NCBI GenBank assembly: GCA_965197725.1
Contig: CBDANQ010000052.1
Coordinates: 1 to 64,000, forward strand
DNA from: Longimicrobiales bacterium
GTDB taxonomy: Bacteria; Gemmatimonadota; Gemmatimonadetes; Longimicrobiales; Gaopeijiaceae
Direction of reading: 5' to 3'
DNA: 64,000 nt
Shown here: one piece after another, positions 34,295-44,969 of the stretch
Position numbering within the stretch: the stretch's first letter is position 1
Layout of the letters: every line of letters begins with the position of its first letter
The notes under the pieces: generated by a model
Seen by the model: only the letters and a program-made list of their open reading frames with translations
What the model was told of the DNA's origin: nothing
The model's database searches: none
Program-made: the position numbers and the translations under genes

Positions 34295-34707
34295 GCGGGT
34301 CTCGGGTGATCCATGCCACGCATGCTGGGTGGGCGGGCGTCGAAGCGAAGCGCTACAAGGATGGGGCTGGCCCGTTTCTCCGCGTGGTTCGCCACACGCT
34401 CCTGGGCGGCAAGACCGCCGAGCCCAACCTGGCCTTCGAGGTGAGGTACTTCGAGGTCGCGCCCGGCGGCTACTCTTCTCTCGAGCGACACGCTCATGCG
34501 CACGCCGTCATGGTGGTGAAGGGGCGCGGCACGGTGCGGCTCGGAGATCGCATCGAGGAGGTGCGTCCTTTGGACGTGGTCTACGTGGCACCCCACGAGG
34601 TGCACCGATTCGAAGCACACGAAACAGACTGTCTCGGGTTCGTGTGCGTGGTCGACCGCGAACGAGATCGCCCTGAGCCGGTGCACGAGGGACCGGTGGA
34701 AGCGTGA
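34291..34707 (+). CDS. Cupin protein, probable MTXu-5P methylsulfurylase-like
   Basis: VRYFEVAPGGYSSLERHAHAHAV...HRF...GFVCVVDRERDRP. ATGA overlap with the RLP gene. Confidence 0.8.
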   Translation: MSGSRVIHATHAGWAGVEAKRYKDGAGPFLRVVRHTLLGGKTAEPNLAFEVRYFEVAPGGYSSLERHAHAHAVMVVKGRGTVRLGDRIEEVRPLDVVYVAPHEVHRFEAHETDCLGFVCVVDRERDRPEPVHEGPVEA

Positions 34708-35810
34708 AGGTCGGCGGCGTTCCGTACCGCACGATCTTTCTGGACAAGGACGGGTGGGGTGTCCGCGTGATCGACCAGACGGTGCTTCCACACCGGTTCC
34801 AGGTCCTCCGGCTGGGGTCGGCGGACGACGTGGTGCGGGCGATCCGGACCATGGTCGTCCGCGGCGCGCCGCTCATCGGTGCAGCCGCGGCGTATGGAGT
34901 CGCACTGGCCATGCGAGCCGACCCGTCCGATGCCTCGCTCGAGGACGCCGTTGAACGGCTCGCAGCGACGCGGCCCACAGCGGTCAACCTCCGGTGGGCG
35001 TTGCATCGTGTGGGCAAGGTCGTCCGGCAACTATCCCCCGAGGGGCGTGCGGATGCGGCGTACCGATCCGCTGCATCACTGTGCGATGAGGATGTCGAGT
35101 TGAACCGGGCCATCGGCGGCCACGGTCTCGCAGTACTCCGTGAGCTCGGGGCCGGCGCGACGGGACGCCGCCTGAACATCCTCACCCACTGCAATGCCGG
35201 CTGGCTCGCCACGGTCGATTGGGGAACCGCCACGGCTCCCATGTACCGGGCCCATGACGACAGGCTGGAAGTCCACGTGTGGGTCGACGAGACGAGGCCC
35301 CGCCTCCAGGGCGCGGCGCTCACCGCATGGGAGCTCGGGCAGCACGGTGTCCCGCATACGCTGATCCCCGACAGCGCCGCCGCGCACCTCATGCGCAAGG
35401 GTGAGGTCGACGTCGTGATCGTCGGTACGGACCGAACCACCGCTTCCGGAGACGTGACGAACAAGATCGGTACGTATCCTCTGGCTCTCGCGGCAGCGGA
35501 CAACGGCGTGCCCTTCTACGTTGCGGTTCCGTCGCCGAGCCTCGACTGGCAGACCCAGGACGCCTCGCTCATCCACATCGAGCAGCGCGACGCGGCGGAG
35601 GTGATCAGCGTGCGTGGCGTGGGGGCGGACGATGTGGTTGGTGCCGTGCGGATCGCGCCGGAGCAGACCCGAGCCGCGAACTACGGTTTCGACGTCACGC
35701 CCCGGCACTTGGTGACGGGGCTGATTACCGAGCGGGGCGTGTGCACCGCCAGCCGTGAAGGACTGAGGCATCTCTTCTCGGAGGGTGCCGGCCGGCACCC
35801 AGGCAGGTAG
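34704..35810 (+). CDS. mtnA: Methylthioribose-1-phosphate isomerase
   Basis: MVVRGAPLIG, RPTAVNL, LTHCNAGWLA, DETRP, NKIGTY, FDVTP. Confidence 0.96.
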   Translation: MKVGGVPYRTIFLDKDGWGVRVIDQTVLPHRFQVLRLGSADDVVRAIRTMVVRGAPLIGAAAAYGVALAMRADPSDASLEDAVERLAATRPTAVNLRWALHRVGKVVRQLSPEGRADAAYRSAASLCDEDVELNRAIGGHGLAVLRELGAGATGRRLNILTHCNAGWLATVDWGTATAPMYRAHDDRLEVHVWVDETRPRLQGAALTAWELGQHGVPHTLIPDSAAAHLMRKGEVDVVIVGTDRTTASGDVTNKIGTYPLALAAADNGVPFYVAVPSPSLDWQTQDASLIHIEQRDAAEVISVRGVGADDVVGAVRIAPEQTRAANYGFDVTPRHLVTGLITERGVCTASREGLRHLFSEGAGRHPGR

Positions 35811-35896
35811 CGGAGCCGTGGACATCGTGCCATGGCCCCGGCTGACGCCTCTGGAGATCGGCCAACATCTGCGTGCTCGCCCTATCGCTGTTTTCC

Positions 35897-37353
35897 GAAG
35901 ATGACCCGTTTGTAGTTGGAGGTGGTGGCTCCGAGGCTTTCGTGATTAACCTGCCATCTTCATTTCGGCAACCGGCTCGCGGTCGTCGAGGTGAGCTTTG
36001 AGCATCCAGAGTTGATCGAAGCCGACGATGCGTCGGTAGTTCTTCTCGGTCTCGACGAAGGAGGCTGCGGCCCATCTCAGTGCCATCGCTCCGTTCTTCC
36101 AGTTCGTCACCCTATAGGTCTTCTGCCTCACGCCTGCGTGGGTGCTGTCGATGACGTTCGTGGTGCCGAGGCACTTCCTCAGCCGAGGCGGTAGCCCAAG
36201 CCGGTTGATCGTGAACATCTCACCCAGCCCCTCCCTGAGGCTCGCTGCGGCCGACGGCTGATCTCGTTCAAGCCACCGCGCGAGCTGCTCGAGTTTCTGC
36301 ACGCCGTCCCTCGCGTCGAGCTTCCAGGCCGCGCGGATCGCGGCCTTCACCTGCGGGTGCTGATCCTTCGGTAGGTGAGCGAGCACATTTCTGAGCTTGT
36401 GGTTTCGGCATCTCTGGACCGAGTGGCCTACGCCGAACACCTGAGTGATCGCCTTCCGTAACGCCTTCGAGCCATCGATCACGAACAGGCGTCGACGCTC
36501 GGGGTTCAGACCCCGCTCGACCAGATCCTGGAGCAGGGCCGTCGTCACCTCGGTGTTCTCACTCGCTCCCTGCCGCATCCCCAGCACATGCTTCTTGCCG
36601 TCCGTGTCCACGCCCACAGCCGCAAGTACGTGGTGCGCACCGAGTTGGATACCGTCCAGGTAGATCACCAACAGATCCCATGCGTCCAGCCGCCGCTCCA
36701 TCAGCCCCTTCAGCACCCGTTCCGACGCTTCGATCGTCTCGCGGCTCACCGCCGACTTGCTCACGCCCACCGTGTCGGCCATCGCGCCGATCACCTGGCC
36801 GTACTTCCGCGTGCTCACGCCCGCCATCAAGATCTCCAGCATCCGGTCCGCCATGGCGCCCGGCCTCCGCATCGCCGCATACGCTGGTACCTCGACCTCG
36901 TCGCCACAGCCCTCGGATCGCTGACGCAGTCGAGGCCGCTCGACACGGACCTTGCGGTCCGACAGGTAGACCTGACCCCTCTGGCGGCCGTACCAGACCG
37001 TCGCTCCCTCCTCGCGTGCCTTGCCCGATTGCTTCGGGCCCGCCACTCCTTCGGCGCTCATCCCTAGAACAGCCTCGATCGTCGCGCGGCCCATCACTTG
37101 GATGACTTCGTCGATCGCGAGCTCGGTGCGTTCCACCAGCTCGACCATCGGCAGTAGGAACTGGCCCTCCCGCTTCACGAACTCGGCGATCCCGCGCCTG
37201 TCGATCCCCTCCGCTACTTCGTACGTTCTCTTCATCGTGGTGGCTCCGTTTTTGGGTTTTTAGCGCACCCGATCCTATCGGATCGGGCACCCTCGGGGCC
37301 ACCACTTTTCTCTTCCCTCTTCAGGGACCTTCAACTACGGCTGGGTCAGCTTC
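35897..37353 (-). mobile_element. IS256-family insertion sequence, copy 3
   Basis: TIRs like copy 1. 8-bp TSD TGTTTTCC at 35889-35896 and 37354-37361. Confidence 0.95.
35946..37235 (-). CDS. IS256 transposase (intact, 429 aa)
   Basis: Closely similar to copy 1 without the frameshift. Confidence 0.95.
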   Translation of the reverse strand: MKRTYEVAEGIDRRGIAEFVKREGQFLLPMVELVERTELAIDEVIQVMGRATIEAVLGMSAEGVAGPKQSGKAREEGATVWYGRQRGQVYLSDRKVRVERPRLRQRSEGCGDEVEVPAYAAMRRPGAMADRMLEILMAGVSTRKYGQVIGAMADTVGVSKSAVSRETIEASERVLKGLMERRLDAWDLLVIYLDGIQLGAHHVLAAVGVDTDGKKHVLGMRQGASENTEVTTALLQDLVERGLNPERRRLFVIDGSKALRKAITQVFGVGHSVQRCRNHKLRNVLAHLPKDQHPQVKAAIRAAWKLDARDGVQKLEQLARWLERDQPSAAASLREGLGEMFTINRLGLPPRLRKCLGTTNVIDSTHAGVRQKTYRVTNWKNGAMALRWAAASFVETEKNYRRIVGFDQLWMLKAHLDDREPVAEMKMAG

Positions 37354-38711
37354 TGTTTTCCCTATCATATCCCGCTAAAACACGCGCATCCAGCCACGCA
37401 ATGCACACTCGATCATACACGTGTCGTCTACCTTCACACGAGTCGTTGACGATCCGTACCGTTTTCTTGACGCATCTGTGCTATCTCGCACTGCCCATCA
37501 GCCGTCCACGGCCGCCGGTCGAGGACGCAGTGGACGACGGATACAGGCACCACCCCATCAAAAACGGCTCTATTAGGGCGTCCTACCGGTAGAGCGACCG
37601 ATCGAGGAGCCCTCGGCCCGCGCATTCATGCCCCCCTCGGACCTGAAATAGAGCGCCTCAGTGGTACGGCAGCGCTGTCGAGGAGCCGCTTAGCCGTTCA
37701 TCATGAGTCTGGCTTGCCGTCAAGGCGCTGCCGCCGAGGCGGTCTCTCAGGGTCCTCCTGGTGGGATTCAGGGCGTGAAGGCCGTCATGACTTGTCGGGA
37801 AGCCGTGGCCGATTGCGCTATGTGCATGAAATGGTTGATCGTCAGGGGGTCCTTGATGTATGCTATTGGTGCGTATGGGGTCTAGCGCATCATGGTATGT
37901 TTTTATGTGTGACGGTTCCTGGTGTGATCTTGACGCCTACTAGACGGCACGAACCGGGGAGATCGAGAAGAGGAAATATTGGCCCGGGAAGTGGAGAGAA
38001 CGGGGCCGCAAGGAGGGTCGCCCAGTGCGTTACGAGTTGCGGGTTTTGGGGGGTGTGGCCTTGAAGGATGCGTCGGGAGAGGACGCCGGCGTGCCTCGCG
38101 GCAAGCCCATGGCAATGGTATCGTACCTCGCGATGAACCCGGACGGGGCGGAGCGGGACTGTCTCGCGCGGCTCCTGTGGTCAGGGGGGGATGCCTCCAA
38201 GGGGCGGCATTCCGTCCGCCAGGCGCTCTCGCGTGTTCGGCAGGCCCTGGGTTCCGAGGCGCTCATAGGCTCAGACCCGATCCGCCTCGTGCCGGGGCTG
38301 ATCACGGTGGACGTGAAGGTGCTCCGCAGGACCGTATCCTCCGGGGAGATCGATCGCGCGTTGCTGGTGTGGGGCGGCGAGCCTTTCGCCGGGCTGTCGA
38401 TCTCCGAAGAAAGTGGGTGGACGGCGTGGGTTGACCAGGTCAGGGCGGAGACGCGCGCCTTGTTGGCTGCGGGGCTCGAGGACGCCGCTGCCGCTGCCGT
38501 GAGTCGAGGTTCCCCTGAGGACGCCATCCGGTATCTGGGCAAGGCCACTGAGACCCTGCCGGGACGGGCGGAGGCATGGGCTCGCCTCGTCGAGGTGCAG
38601 ACGGACTTCGGGCGCCTCAGAGACGCGCGAACGACCCTGGCGGCGGCATGGTCCGCTCTCGAGGCGGACACCTACGAAGCCCGTCTTGGCGATCTCGAGC
38701 GGCGCGTTTCC

Positions 38712-40133
38712 CTAGCAGTCCGTGGAAGAAATAGGTTCCCAGCGGATGATGGGTGGGAGAGAAGGCAGACACGCGGGGGCTGTGTTGTTGTGCAAGAAGC
38801 GGGTTTTGGGGTCTGACGAGGCGATATTCGGCCCAAGGAAGGCGAAATAGCGCCGAATACGGCGGAAAAAGCGCGAGACGCGGGTTGTAACCTGAGTTGC
38901 GAGCGCAGCTTGTACGGTAGCGAGGCCCTGTAACGCACGGGGGGTTCCAACCCCGAACCGCTTGCGCATGAGAAGGCCGAGGTTGAAGGCCGCCGCGTGG
39001 ATCAACATCCGTTTTCGAATCTCCTCCTGGCCCCGTATGTGGACGCGACGCAGCCCTCCGGTCACAAGCAAGTGCGCAAACCCCCGCTCCACCTTCTCGC
39101 CGCGCTGGCGCAGCAGCCGCATCCCCCGGTTGCCGCGGATCCGGCGGCGGTTGTCGTAGGTCGGCGTCTGCGCGTCCCGGTTGTTCTTCCATTTCCGGCG
39201 CCCGCGGTTGGGCTCGCTCACATAGCTGCGCAGCTCCCGCTCCTTCACGCCCGTCATGGTCTTGTTCGAGTGGTAGCCTTTGTCGGCCACCACTTCCTCG
39301 GGCTCTACCTGCACTACTTCCAGCTGCCGCTCTGCCTCGTCCAGCGTGTTGGGCAGCGACGCCACATCTCCCCCGTCCATCGTCTGCACCGTCACCGCCA
39401 CAAGCGCACCGGTCTCCATGTCGACCGCCTGCTCCAACTTGTGCGCCAGGCGCGTCCTGCCGTCCTTCATCTTCGTGATCCGCGCCTCCGGGTCGTGCGG
39501 ATGCACCCAGTCCTTGTTCGAGCCCTTCTTCGGACGCTTCCGGTCCAGCGTCGTCAGATCCTTGCGCGTCGGCGTCTCGATCCCCGACGCCCGGGCCACC
39601 TGCTCCAGCCATTCATCGTAGCCCAACCCGTCGTCGCGCCGCACGATCGTGCGCATCGCCGCATTCGCCTCCAGCGTCGTCGAGTCGACGCCCAGCGTCT
39701 TGCCGCTCAGCAACCCCGACCCCTTCAGCAGCTCCAGCACCCGCCCGAACACCGCCGCGTGCGCTTCCACGCTCAGGCGCTTGCGCGTCTTCGACAGGGT
39801 CGAATGCTCCGGCGGGTTCTTCGCCCACCCGTATCCCAGAAACTCACGCAACGACAACGAGTCCCCACACCGCCAGGCAATGCCCCGCTCCGAGCCGATC
39901 CCTTCCAGGTAGCCCACCATCATCATTCGGAAATACACCCCGGGAGCAATCCCCGGCCGACCCCGATTGTCCGCGTAGAACTCACGGCATGCCTCTTCCG
40001 CGAACTCGTCAAACCCGCTTTTCGCCAGAAGCTCGTTCAAGGCCCAGTAGAACGGGTTGTCCAAGGCCCGAATCTCGCTCGCCACCACGAACATCTCGCC
40101 CTGCCGAGCCTCGGGCCGCTTGCCTACCGCCAT
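38712..40133 (-). CDS. IS1182-like DDE transposase
   Basis: GRPGIAP, SERGIAW, PEHSTLS, GVDSTTLEANA, DPEARI, VADKGY, VERGFA. Confidence 0.9.
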   Translation of the reverse strand: MAVGKRPEARQGEMFVVASEIRALDNPFYWALNELLAKSGFDEFAEEACREFYADNRGRPGIAPGVYFRMMMVGYLEGIGSERGIAWRCGDSLSLREFLGYGWAKNPPEHSTLSKTRKRLSVEAHAAVFGRVLELLKGSGLLSGKTLGVDSTTLEANAAMRTIVRRDDGLGYDEWLEQVARASGIETPTRKDLTTLDRKRPKKGSNKDWVHPHDPEARITKMKDGRTRLAHKLEQAVDMETGALVAVTVQTMDGGDVASLPNTLDEAERQLEVVQVEPEEVVADKGYHSNKTMTGVKERELRSYVSEPNRGRRKWKNNRDAQTPTYDNRRRIRGNRGMRLLRQRGEKVERGFAHLLVTGGLRRVHIRGQEEIRKRMLIHAAAFNLGLLMRKRFGVGTPRALQGLATVQAALATQVTTRVSRFFRRIRRYFAFLGPNIASSDPKTRFLHNNTAPACLPSLPPIIRWEPISSTDC

Positions 40134-40210
40134 CGCCGTCCTCGCTGCAAAAACCCTCGTGTCCTCCTGATTTAACACAACAGCGATGACCGGACTTTAT
40201 CCACGGTCTG
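38716..40210 (-). mobile_element. IS1182/IS5-like insertion sequence
   Basis: IRs CAGTCCGTGGA / TCCACGGTCTG. CTAG duplicated at 38712-38715 and 40211-40214. Confidence 0.9.
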
Positions 40211-41353
40211 CTAGGGGGCGACCCATCGAGGGCCCAGTCGGAGAACGATGTGCTGGGGCGCGAAGCGGACGTGGCGGCCGTTGCCGAGGCGTGGCGGACC
40301 TCCTTGGAGGGTTGCACGTCCGTTGTCGTGTTCCGCGCGGGTGCAGGCGGTGGGAAGACCCGGATGATGCGGGAGGCGGAGGCTCCTCTAGTGACACCGG
40401 GCGCCCACGTGATCCATATCGAGTGTCGCTCCCAGGAGGGCGGGGCGGCCGAGCCGTGGCGCACGGTTCGCGAGATCATTCGGCAGTTGTCCACGCTTCC
40501 CGGGGCCGACGACGCTATGATCGGCTCGGCAGACCGCCTGTCCGAGCTCGCGGAGCTACCCATAGGGGAGCTCATTCATCCGTTCTTGGACTTCTTAGCG
40601 AGCGTGTGTGACACCACTCCAGTCCTGCTCACGTTGGATGACGTGGAGTGGATCGACCTGGACAGTTGGGACTTGCTCAAGCGGCTCATCCGTCTGCGAC
40701 CGGCCAGTGCGATCCTGATCGTCGCCTCGCTCACCGCCGAGGGAGGTCCCGAAGGTGGTCCCGCCGGTGACATCGCCGTCTGGTGGGACAGGGGCTGGGT
40801 GACCATGCGGAGCTTGCGTCCGCTTTCAGCCGCCGAAGTCGAGGCGGCGGTGCGGTTGCGCGGCTGGCGTGGCGACGGTTTCGTGAGGTCTCTCCGGGAC
40901 GTTCTGCACATGCGATCTCAGGGCAGCCCGGCCGGAGTTTTCGGACTGCTCGACAGCATGGCGGTCGCAGGCGTCCGTCCACCTCCACCCGGGTACCCGG
41001 CATCCCAGATGCCCGAGCTGCCGCACCTGGACGAGCTGCCATTTTCGGACGGGCTGCTTCGGTTCCACAGAGGGCGCCTTGCCCAACTCGAATCCGGCGC
41101 TCCCGAGATCCTCTCTCTCTCCTCGGGACAATGGACACGGCCCAGTTGGAGACACTCTCCTACGCTGCCAATTCCGAACCCGAGACTATTCGCCGCGTAC
41201 TCTCCGAACTCGAAGGCGTGCGCTTCGTTGTCTCCAGTAGCGACGGCTACCGGCTCGCGCATCCGGACTATGCCAAGCTCGGCTCGAAGAGCAGCCCTTC
41301 GCCCTGGCCGACTGAGCCCACTTCAAGTGGAGGAGATGCACGCCCGATACGTT

Positions 41354-41562
41354 CGACACCATCGGCGCCAGCGGCGCCTTCAACACCATCGGCGCCATCA
41401 ACACCATCGGCGCCATCAACACCATCGGCGCCATCAACACCATCGGCGCCATCAACACCATCGGCGCCATCGACACCGTCGGTGCCAGCGACACCGACGG
41501 TGCCAGCGGCGCCTTCAACACCATCGGCACCATCAACACCGTCGGCGCCATCGACACCTTCA
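41354..41562 (+). repeat. Coding 18-bp tandem repeat (ACACCATCGGCGCCATCA)n encoding (TPSAPS)n
   Basis: Several perfect units at ~41383-41470 with degenerate flanking units. Confidence 0.95.
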
Positions 41563-41914
41563 TCAGCATGGGCGCCATCTCCGCCGGCTGCACCGAGACG
41601 CCTCAGCGATTCTTCGCGCCGCGTGGGCGGCTCGCTCGGATCCGCCGGTGGAGGTGGCGCGAGCGCGACTACGAGCCCCTCACGTCCTATTCTTGTACGC
41701 TCACCCGGGCTGGGCAGTCTTGATTCCGACGACCGTCTCCCCACACACGAACGCTCGATCTTCCCGCCCGGCTGGCGCCCGCAGCCGCCTGCGTACATCG
41801 CGGCAGCTCTGGTGATCGGCATCATCTGGATCATCTGGCTCGTGCTTACTCGAGGCTGAGCGTCTCCATCGGTGCTGCGCCCGATGCGTGCGGTCAACGC
41901 ATGCAGTACGTGAC

Positions 41915-42110
41915 GTTTGCCAGCCGGATGACCAGGTGATTCCTGCCGGTCAGCGTATCGGGCTGATGATCTTTTCGAGCGATCGCGAGTTCACTCTCTG
42001 GCCGCAGCCCGGTACGGAGCTCACGGTCGATCTGGAAAGTACGACGATCGAGTTGCCGGTGGTCGGCGGGTCGGCGGCCTTCGGGCGCGCGGTGAAGACG
42101 CCATTAGGTG
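41915..42110 (+). pseudogene. C-terminal remnant of an Xaa-Pro dipeptidyl-peptidase (PepX/CocE-type)
   Basis: QPDDQVIPAGQRIGLMIFSSDREFTL...ELPVVGG with no upstream catalytic domain. Confidence 0.65.
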
Positions 42111-42243
42111 ACGCGGCGCCTCCAAGCGCCAGCATGGTCTCTACGCCGCGCCACGCGCCCATTGTGATAAGTGCGCACTGCGTAGGTGTGCACTGCTATG
42201 TGTTGCGCTGCGGAAGATTGACCGACCGCCTACGTTTCGGCGG

Positions 42244-43104
42244 ATGAAGAGTGGAGTCAGGTATTGGTTGACCCCCCAGCGCGCGGCGCTGACGCTCGGA
42301 GTGGTTGCCGCGGAGCTCGTGCTCGTGCACGTGCTCGCGATGCAGGCGTACTTCAACCCAGCGCTCGGCTTGGACGAGCGCTTCGGACTGCACTACTGGC
42401 AGCTCGCCATCTTCGATCTCGACGAGGAAGAGAGTTTCGGGACTTGGTTCAGTTCTGGGATCCTGTTCCTCGCCGGCGTCCTGCTCCTGAACCAGGCGAA
42501 GGCTCTGCGCCCCAGCGGGGACAGCGAGCACAGGTGGTGGTTCGTGCTAGGCCTCGCGTTCGTCTTTCTGTCCATGGACGAGGTCGTGGGCATGCACGAG
42601 CTCATGAACACGCTCATGGAGGACACTCCGTGGACGGTTGTGGGCTTCCCCGTTCTCGCGTTCGTCGGCCTGTTGTACGTGCCGTTCCTCTGGCGTTACC
42701 GGGGGCGGACGGCGCTGCTCTTCGTCGTGGCCGGCCTGATCTATGGAGGTGGCGCGGTGGGGGTCGAGCACTTCACCGACGCTGAAGTGAACTCGCTCCA
42801 CTACAACATGTGGACGGCGCTCGAAGAGGGCATGGAGATGTACGGCGTGATCGTGCTGATCTACGCCATCCTCGACTTCACGCAGGGGAACTCTTGCCCG
42901 GGCGGTCACGGTCGAATTTGGGCCGGACGGTCGCTGAACGCACGTCCGGCAACTCCCGGCTCGCGGCAGGGGCCGGCGGATCTAGCTGAGTCTCCGGACA
43001 ATCTGTCTGGACACTATGGCCGAATCGGCCAACTTGTCCTGCAGTCACCATGCCTGCGTTTCTCGGCGTACATCTCTGTAACTCACTTCTGTATAGTGAG
43101 TTAG
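42244..43104 (+). CDS. Hypothetical integral membrane protein
   Basis: About six TM helices, LSMDEVVGMHE and LEEGMEMYG motifs. The tail after ~42890 looks non-coding-like. Confidence 0.75.
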   Translation: MKSGVRYWLTPQRAALTLGVVAAELVLVHVLAMQAYFNPALGLDERFGLHYWQLAIFDLDEEESFGTWFSSGILFLAGVLLLNQAKALRPSGDSEHRWWFVLGLAFVFLSMDEVVGMHELMNTLMEDTPWTVVGFPVLAFVGLLYVPFLWRYRGRTALLFVVAGLIYGGGAVGVEHFTDAEVNSLHYNMWTALEEGMEMYGVIVLIYAILDFTQGNSCPGGHGRIWAGRSLNARPATPGSRQGPADLAESPDNLSGHYGRIGQLVLQSPCLRFSAYISVTHFCIVS

Positions 43105-43301
43105 AGCATCCAGGCGAGTTTGGCATTGGCCTTGCCTTATGTAGGGGCCAACGAGGATGCAGACGGGTCGCGGGTCCTCCTCGGCTACGGCCGGAAGACC
43201 AGCGGAATCGAAGCGCACCCCCCCCATGGCGGGGTCCCGCACCCTGAAAGCCCCCCCGTGCGGTGGTGCCACGCCCCCCCCTTTGGAGGGTGGCTCCGCC
43301 G

Positions 43302-43336
43302 GGCCCCGTGGATCCGTCCGCGGGGTCTTTTTTTTT
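43302..43336 (+). terminator. Rho-independent terminator
   Basis: GGCCCCGTGGA-TCCG-TCCGCGGGGTC followed by T9. Confidence 0.8.
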
Positions 43337-43380
43337 GTCCGACCCATTGCGGGTGACCCGGGCGGAGGAGAGAGTGGAGC

Positions 43381-44775
43381 ATGTCCCAGCCCGACGAGCC
43401 CCCCATCTCGGTTGTGGTCGCCGACGACGCAGAAGACCAGCGAGTGCTCATCGAGCGATTCCTCCGGCACGCGGAGGGCGCGCGCCATGTCGTGACCAGC
43501 GTGGCCGACGGCCGGAGCGCGCTCACGGCGGTCCGCGAGCAGGTCTTCGACGTCGCGCTTCTCGACCTGAGCATGCCCGGCCTCGACGGTCTCGAGGTCC
43601 TGGAGGCCGTGGCCGGTGACCCCAGCCGACCGCAGGTGGTCTTCGTGTCAGGGCGAGGCACGGTTGAGACGGCGACCCGAGCGATGAAACTCGGCGCTTT
43701 CGATTTCCTCGAGAAGCCGGTCGATCCAGACCGACTGATCACGGTGATATGGAAGGCGGCGCGCGCGCAACGGGTCCTTTCGAGGACGGAGCGGTTGGAG
43801 GCGGTCGTCACCCGCGACGCCGGGGGCGTGCGCATCGTGACGGAAGACCAGCATGTGAAGGACCTGCTCCAATTGTTGGAGCGGATCGCGCCCTCCGACG
43901 TCTCGGTGCTCATCGTCGGGGAGTCGGGAACGGGGAAGGAGCTGATTGCGCGCGAACTTCACCGGCTGTCGCGACGGCACGCCGAGCCACTCGTCGCGCT
44001 CAACTGCGCGGCGGTTGCCGAGTCGCTCGCTGAGTCCGAGCTGTTCGGACACGAGAAGGGAGCCTTCACCGGTGCGGTCTCGAGGAAGGTGGGCCTGATC
44101 GAGCTCAGCCACGGTGGCACCCTCTTCCTGGACGAGGTCGGGGACCTCGAATTGTCCCTCCAGGCGAAGCTGCTGAGAGCCCTCGAGTCCAAGATGTTCC
44201 GGCGTGTCGGAGGGGTGAAGGAACTGCCTACGAACTTTCGGCTGGTGTCGGCTACGAACCGTCCTCTGCAAAGTCTGGTCGATGAAGGGGCGTTCCGAGG
44301 CGACCTCTTTTACCGGATCAACGCGATCGTGCTCGAGCTGCCTCCGCTCAGAGATCGCCCTGGCGACGTCTCGGTGCTCGCGCGTCACTTCCTCACCGAG
44401 CTCAGGCCCAGCAATGCCGAGGACTGGACGATCGCCGCTGAAGCGGCGGCCCTGTTGGAGAACTATCCGTGGCCCGGCAACGCTCGAGAGCTCCGCAACG
44501 TTATTGAGAGGGCCGCGCTATTGTGTCACAGCACGACAATCCGGGCGGCCGATCTGGGCTCCTCACTCTCGGACCCCGAAGCCGGGTCGGGCGAGGAGGC
44601 TCCTGCGGCCGCGCAACTGCCGTCGTTGAACCTCGCGCGCCTCGAAGCGGTGGCGATCGAGCGGGCGCTCGAGCGAACTGGGTGGCATCAAGGCCGCGCC
44701 TCCGAGCTACTCGGCGTTTCCGATCGCACACTGCATCGGAAGATCAAAGGACTCGGGTTGCGTCGCCCGGAATAG
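43381..44775 (+). CDS. Sigma-54-dependent response regulator (NtrC/AtoC family)
   Basis: REC domain, GESGTGKE, ELFGHEKGAFTGA, WPGNAREL, Fis-type HTH. Confidence 0.96.
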   Translation: MSQPDEPPISVVVADDAEDQRVLIERFLRHAEGARHVVTSVADGRSALTAVREQVFDVALLDLSMPGLDGLEVLEAVAGDPSRPQVVFVSGRGTVETATRAMKLGAFDFLEKPVDPDRLITVIWKAARAQRVLSRTERLEAVVTRDAGGVRIVTEDQHVKDLLQLLERIAPSDVSVLIVGESGTGKELIARELHRLSRRHAEPLVALNCAAVAESLAESELFGHEKGAFTGAVSRKVGLIELSHGGTLFLDEVGDLELSLQAKLLRALESKMFRRVGGVKELPTNFRLVSATNRPLQSLVDEGAFRGDLFYRINAIVLELPPLRDRPGDVSVLARHFLTELRPSNAEDWTIAAEAAALLENYPWPGNARELRNVIERAALLCHSTTIRAADLGSSLSDPEAGSGEEAPAAAQLPSLNLARLEAVAIERALERTGWHQGRASELLGVSDRTLHRKIKGLGLRRPE

Positions 44776-44969
44776 GGAACGAGCCTCGACATCGCGATCA
44801 TGATCGAGGACGTGATGCCCGTCACCGAGGCCGGGTACGAGCGCCTCTCCGCGAGTGCACCTCGTACGGTCGAGGAGATTGAACGAATCATGAGAGGCAG
44901 GTGAGGGTTGACTCGAACGTCCGGGCCTGCCAGGATCAGCGTTCAGGGAACTCGAATCTTCGGAACTTG

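Larger units (their letters stand above)
38025..41859 (+). pseudogene. SARP/BTAD-AAA ATPase regulator-like protein with PST-rich linker and C-terminal TM helix, split by an IS
   Basis: wHTH/BTAD N-terminus at 38025-38715 rejoins in frame at 40215 (RVSL|GGDP...VLGRE, AGAGGGKT, LTLDD). Frameshift in a CT run ~41111-41120. C-terminal TM segment. Confidence 0.8.

Noticed and set aside
37362..38020. Short ORFs between IS256 copy 3 and the BTAD gene
   Set aside because: No recognisable domains or RBS. Treated as intergenic or degraded DNA.
41354..41562. CRISPR array or His/Arg-rich protein (RRHQHH frame)
   Set aside because: It is a spacerless 18-bp tandem repeat. The TPSAPS frame leads to the TM helix, and the His-rich reading follows the frameshift.
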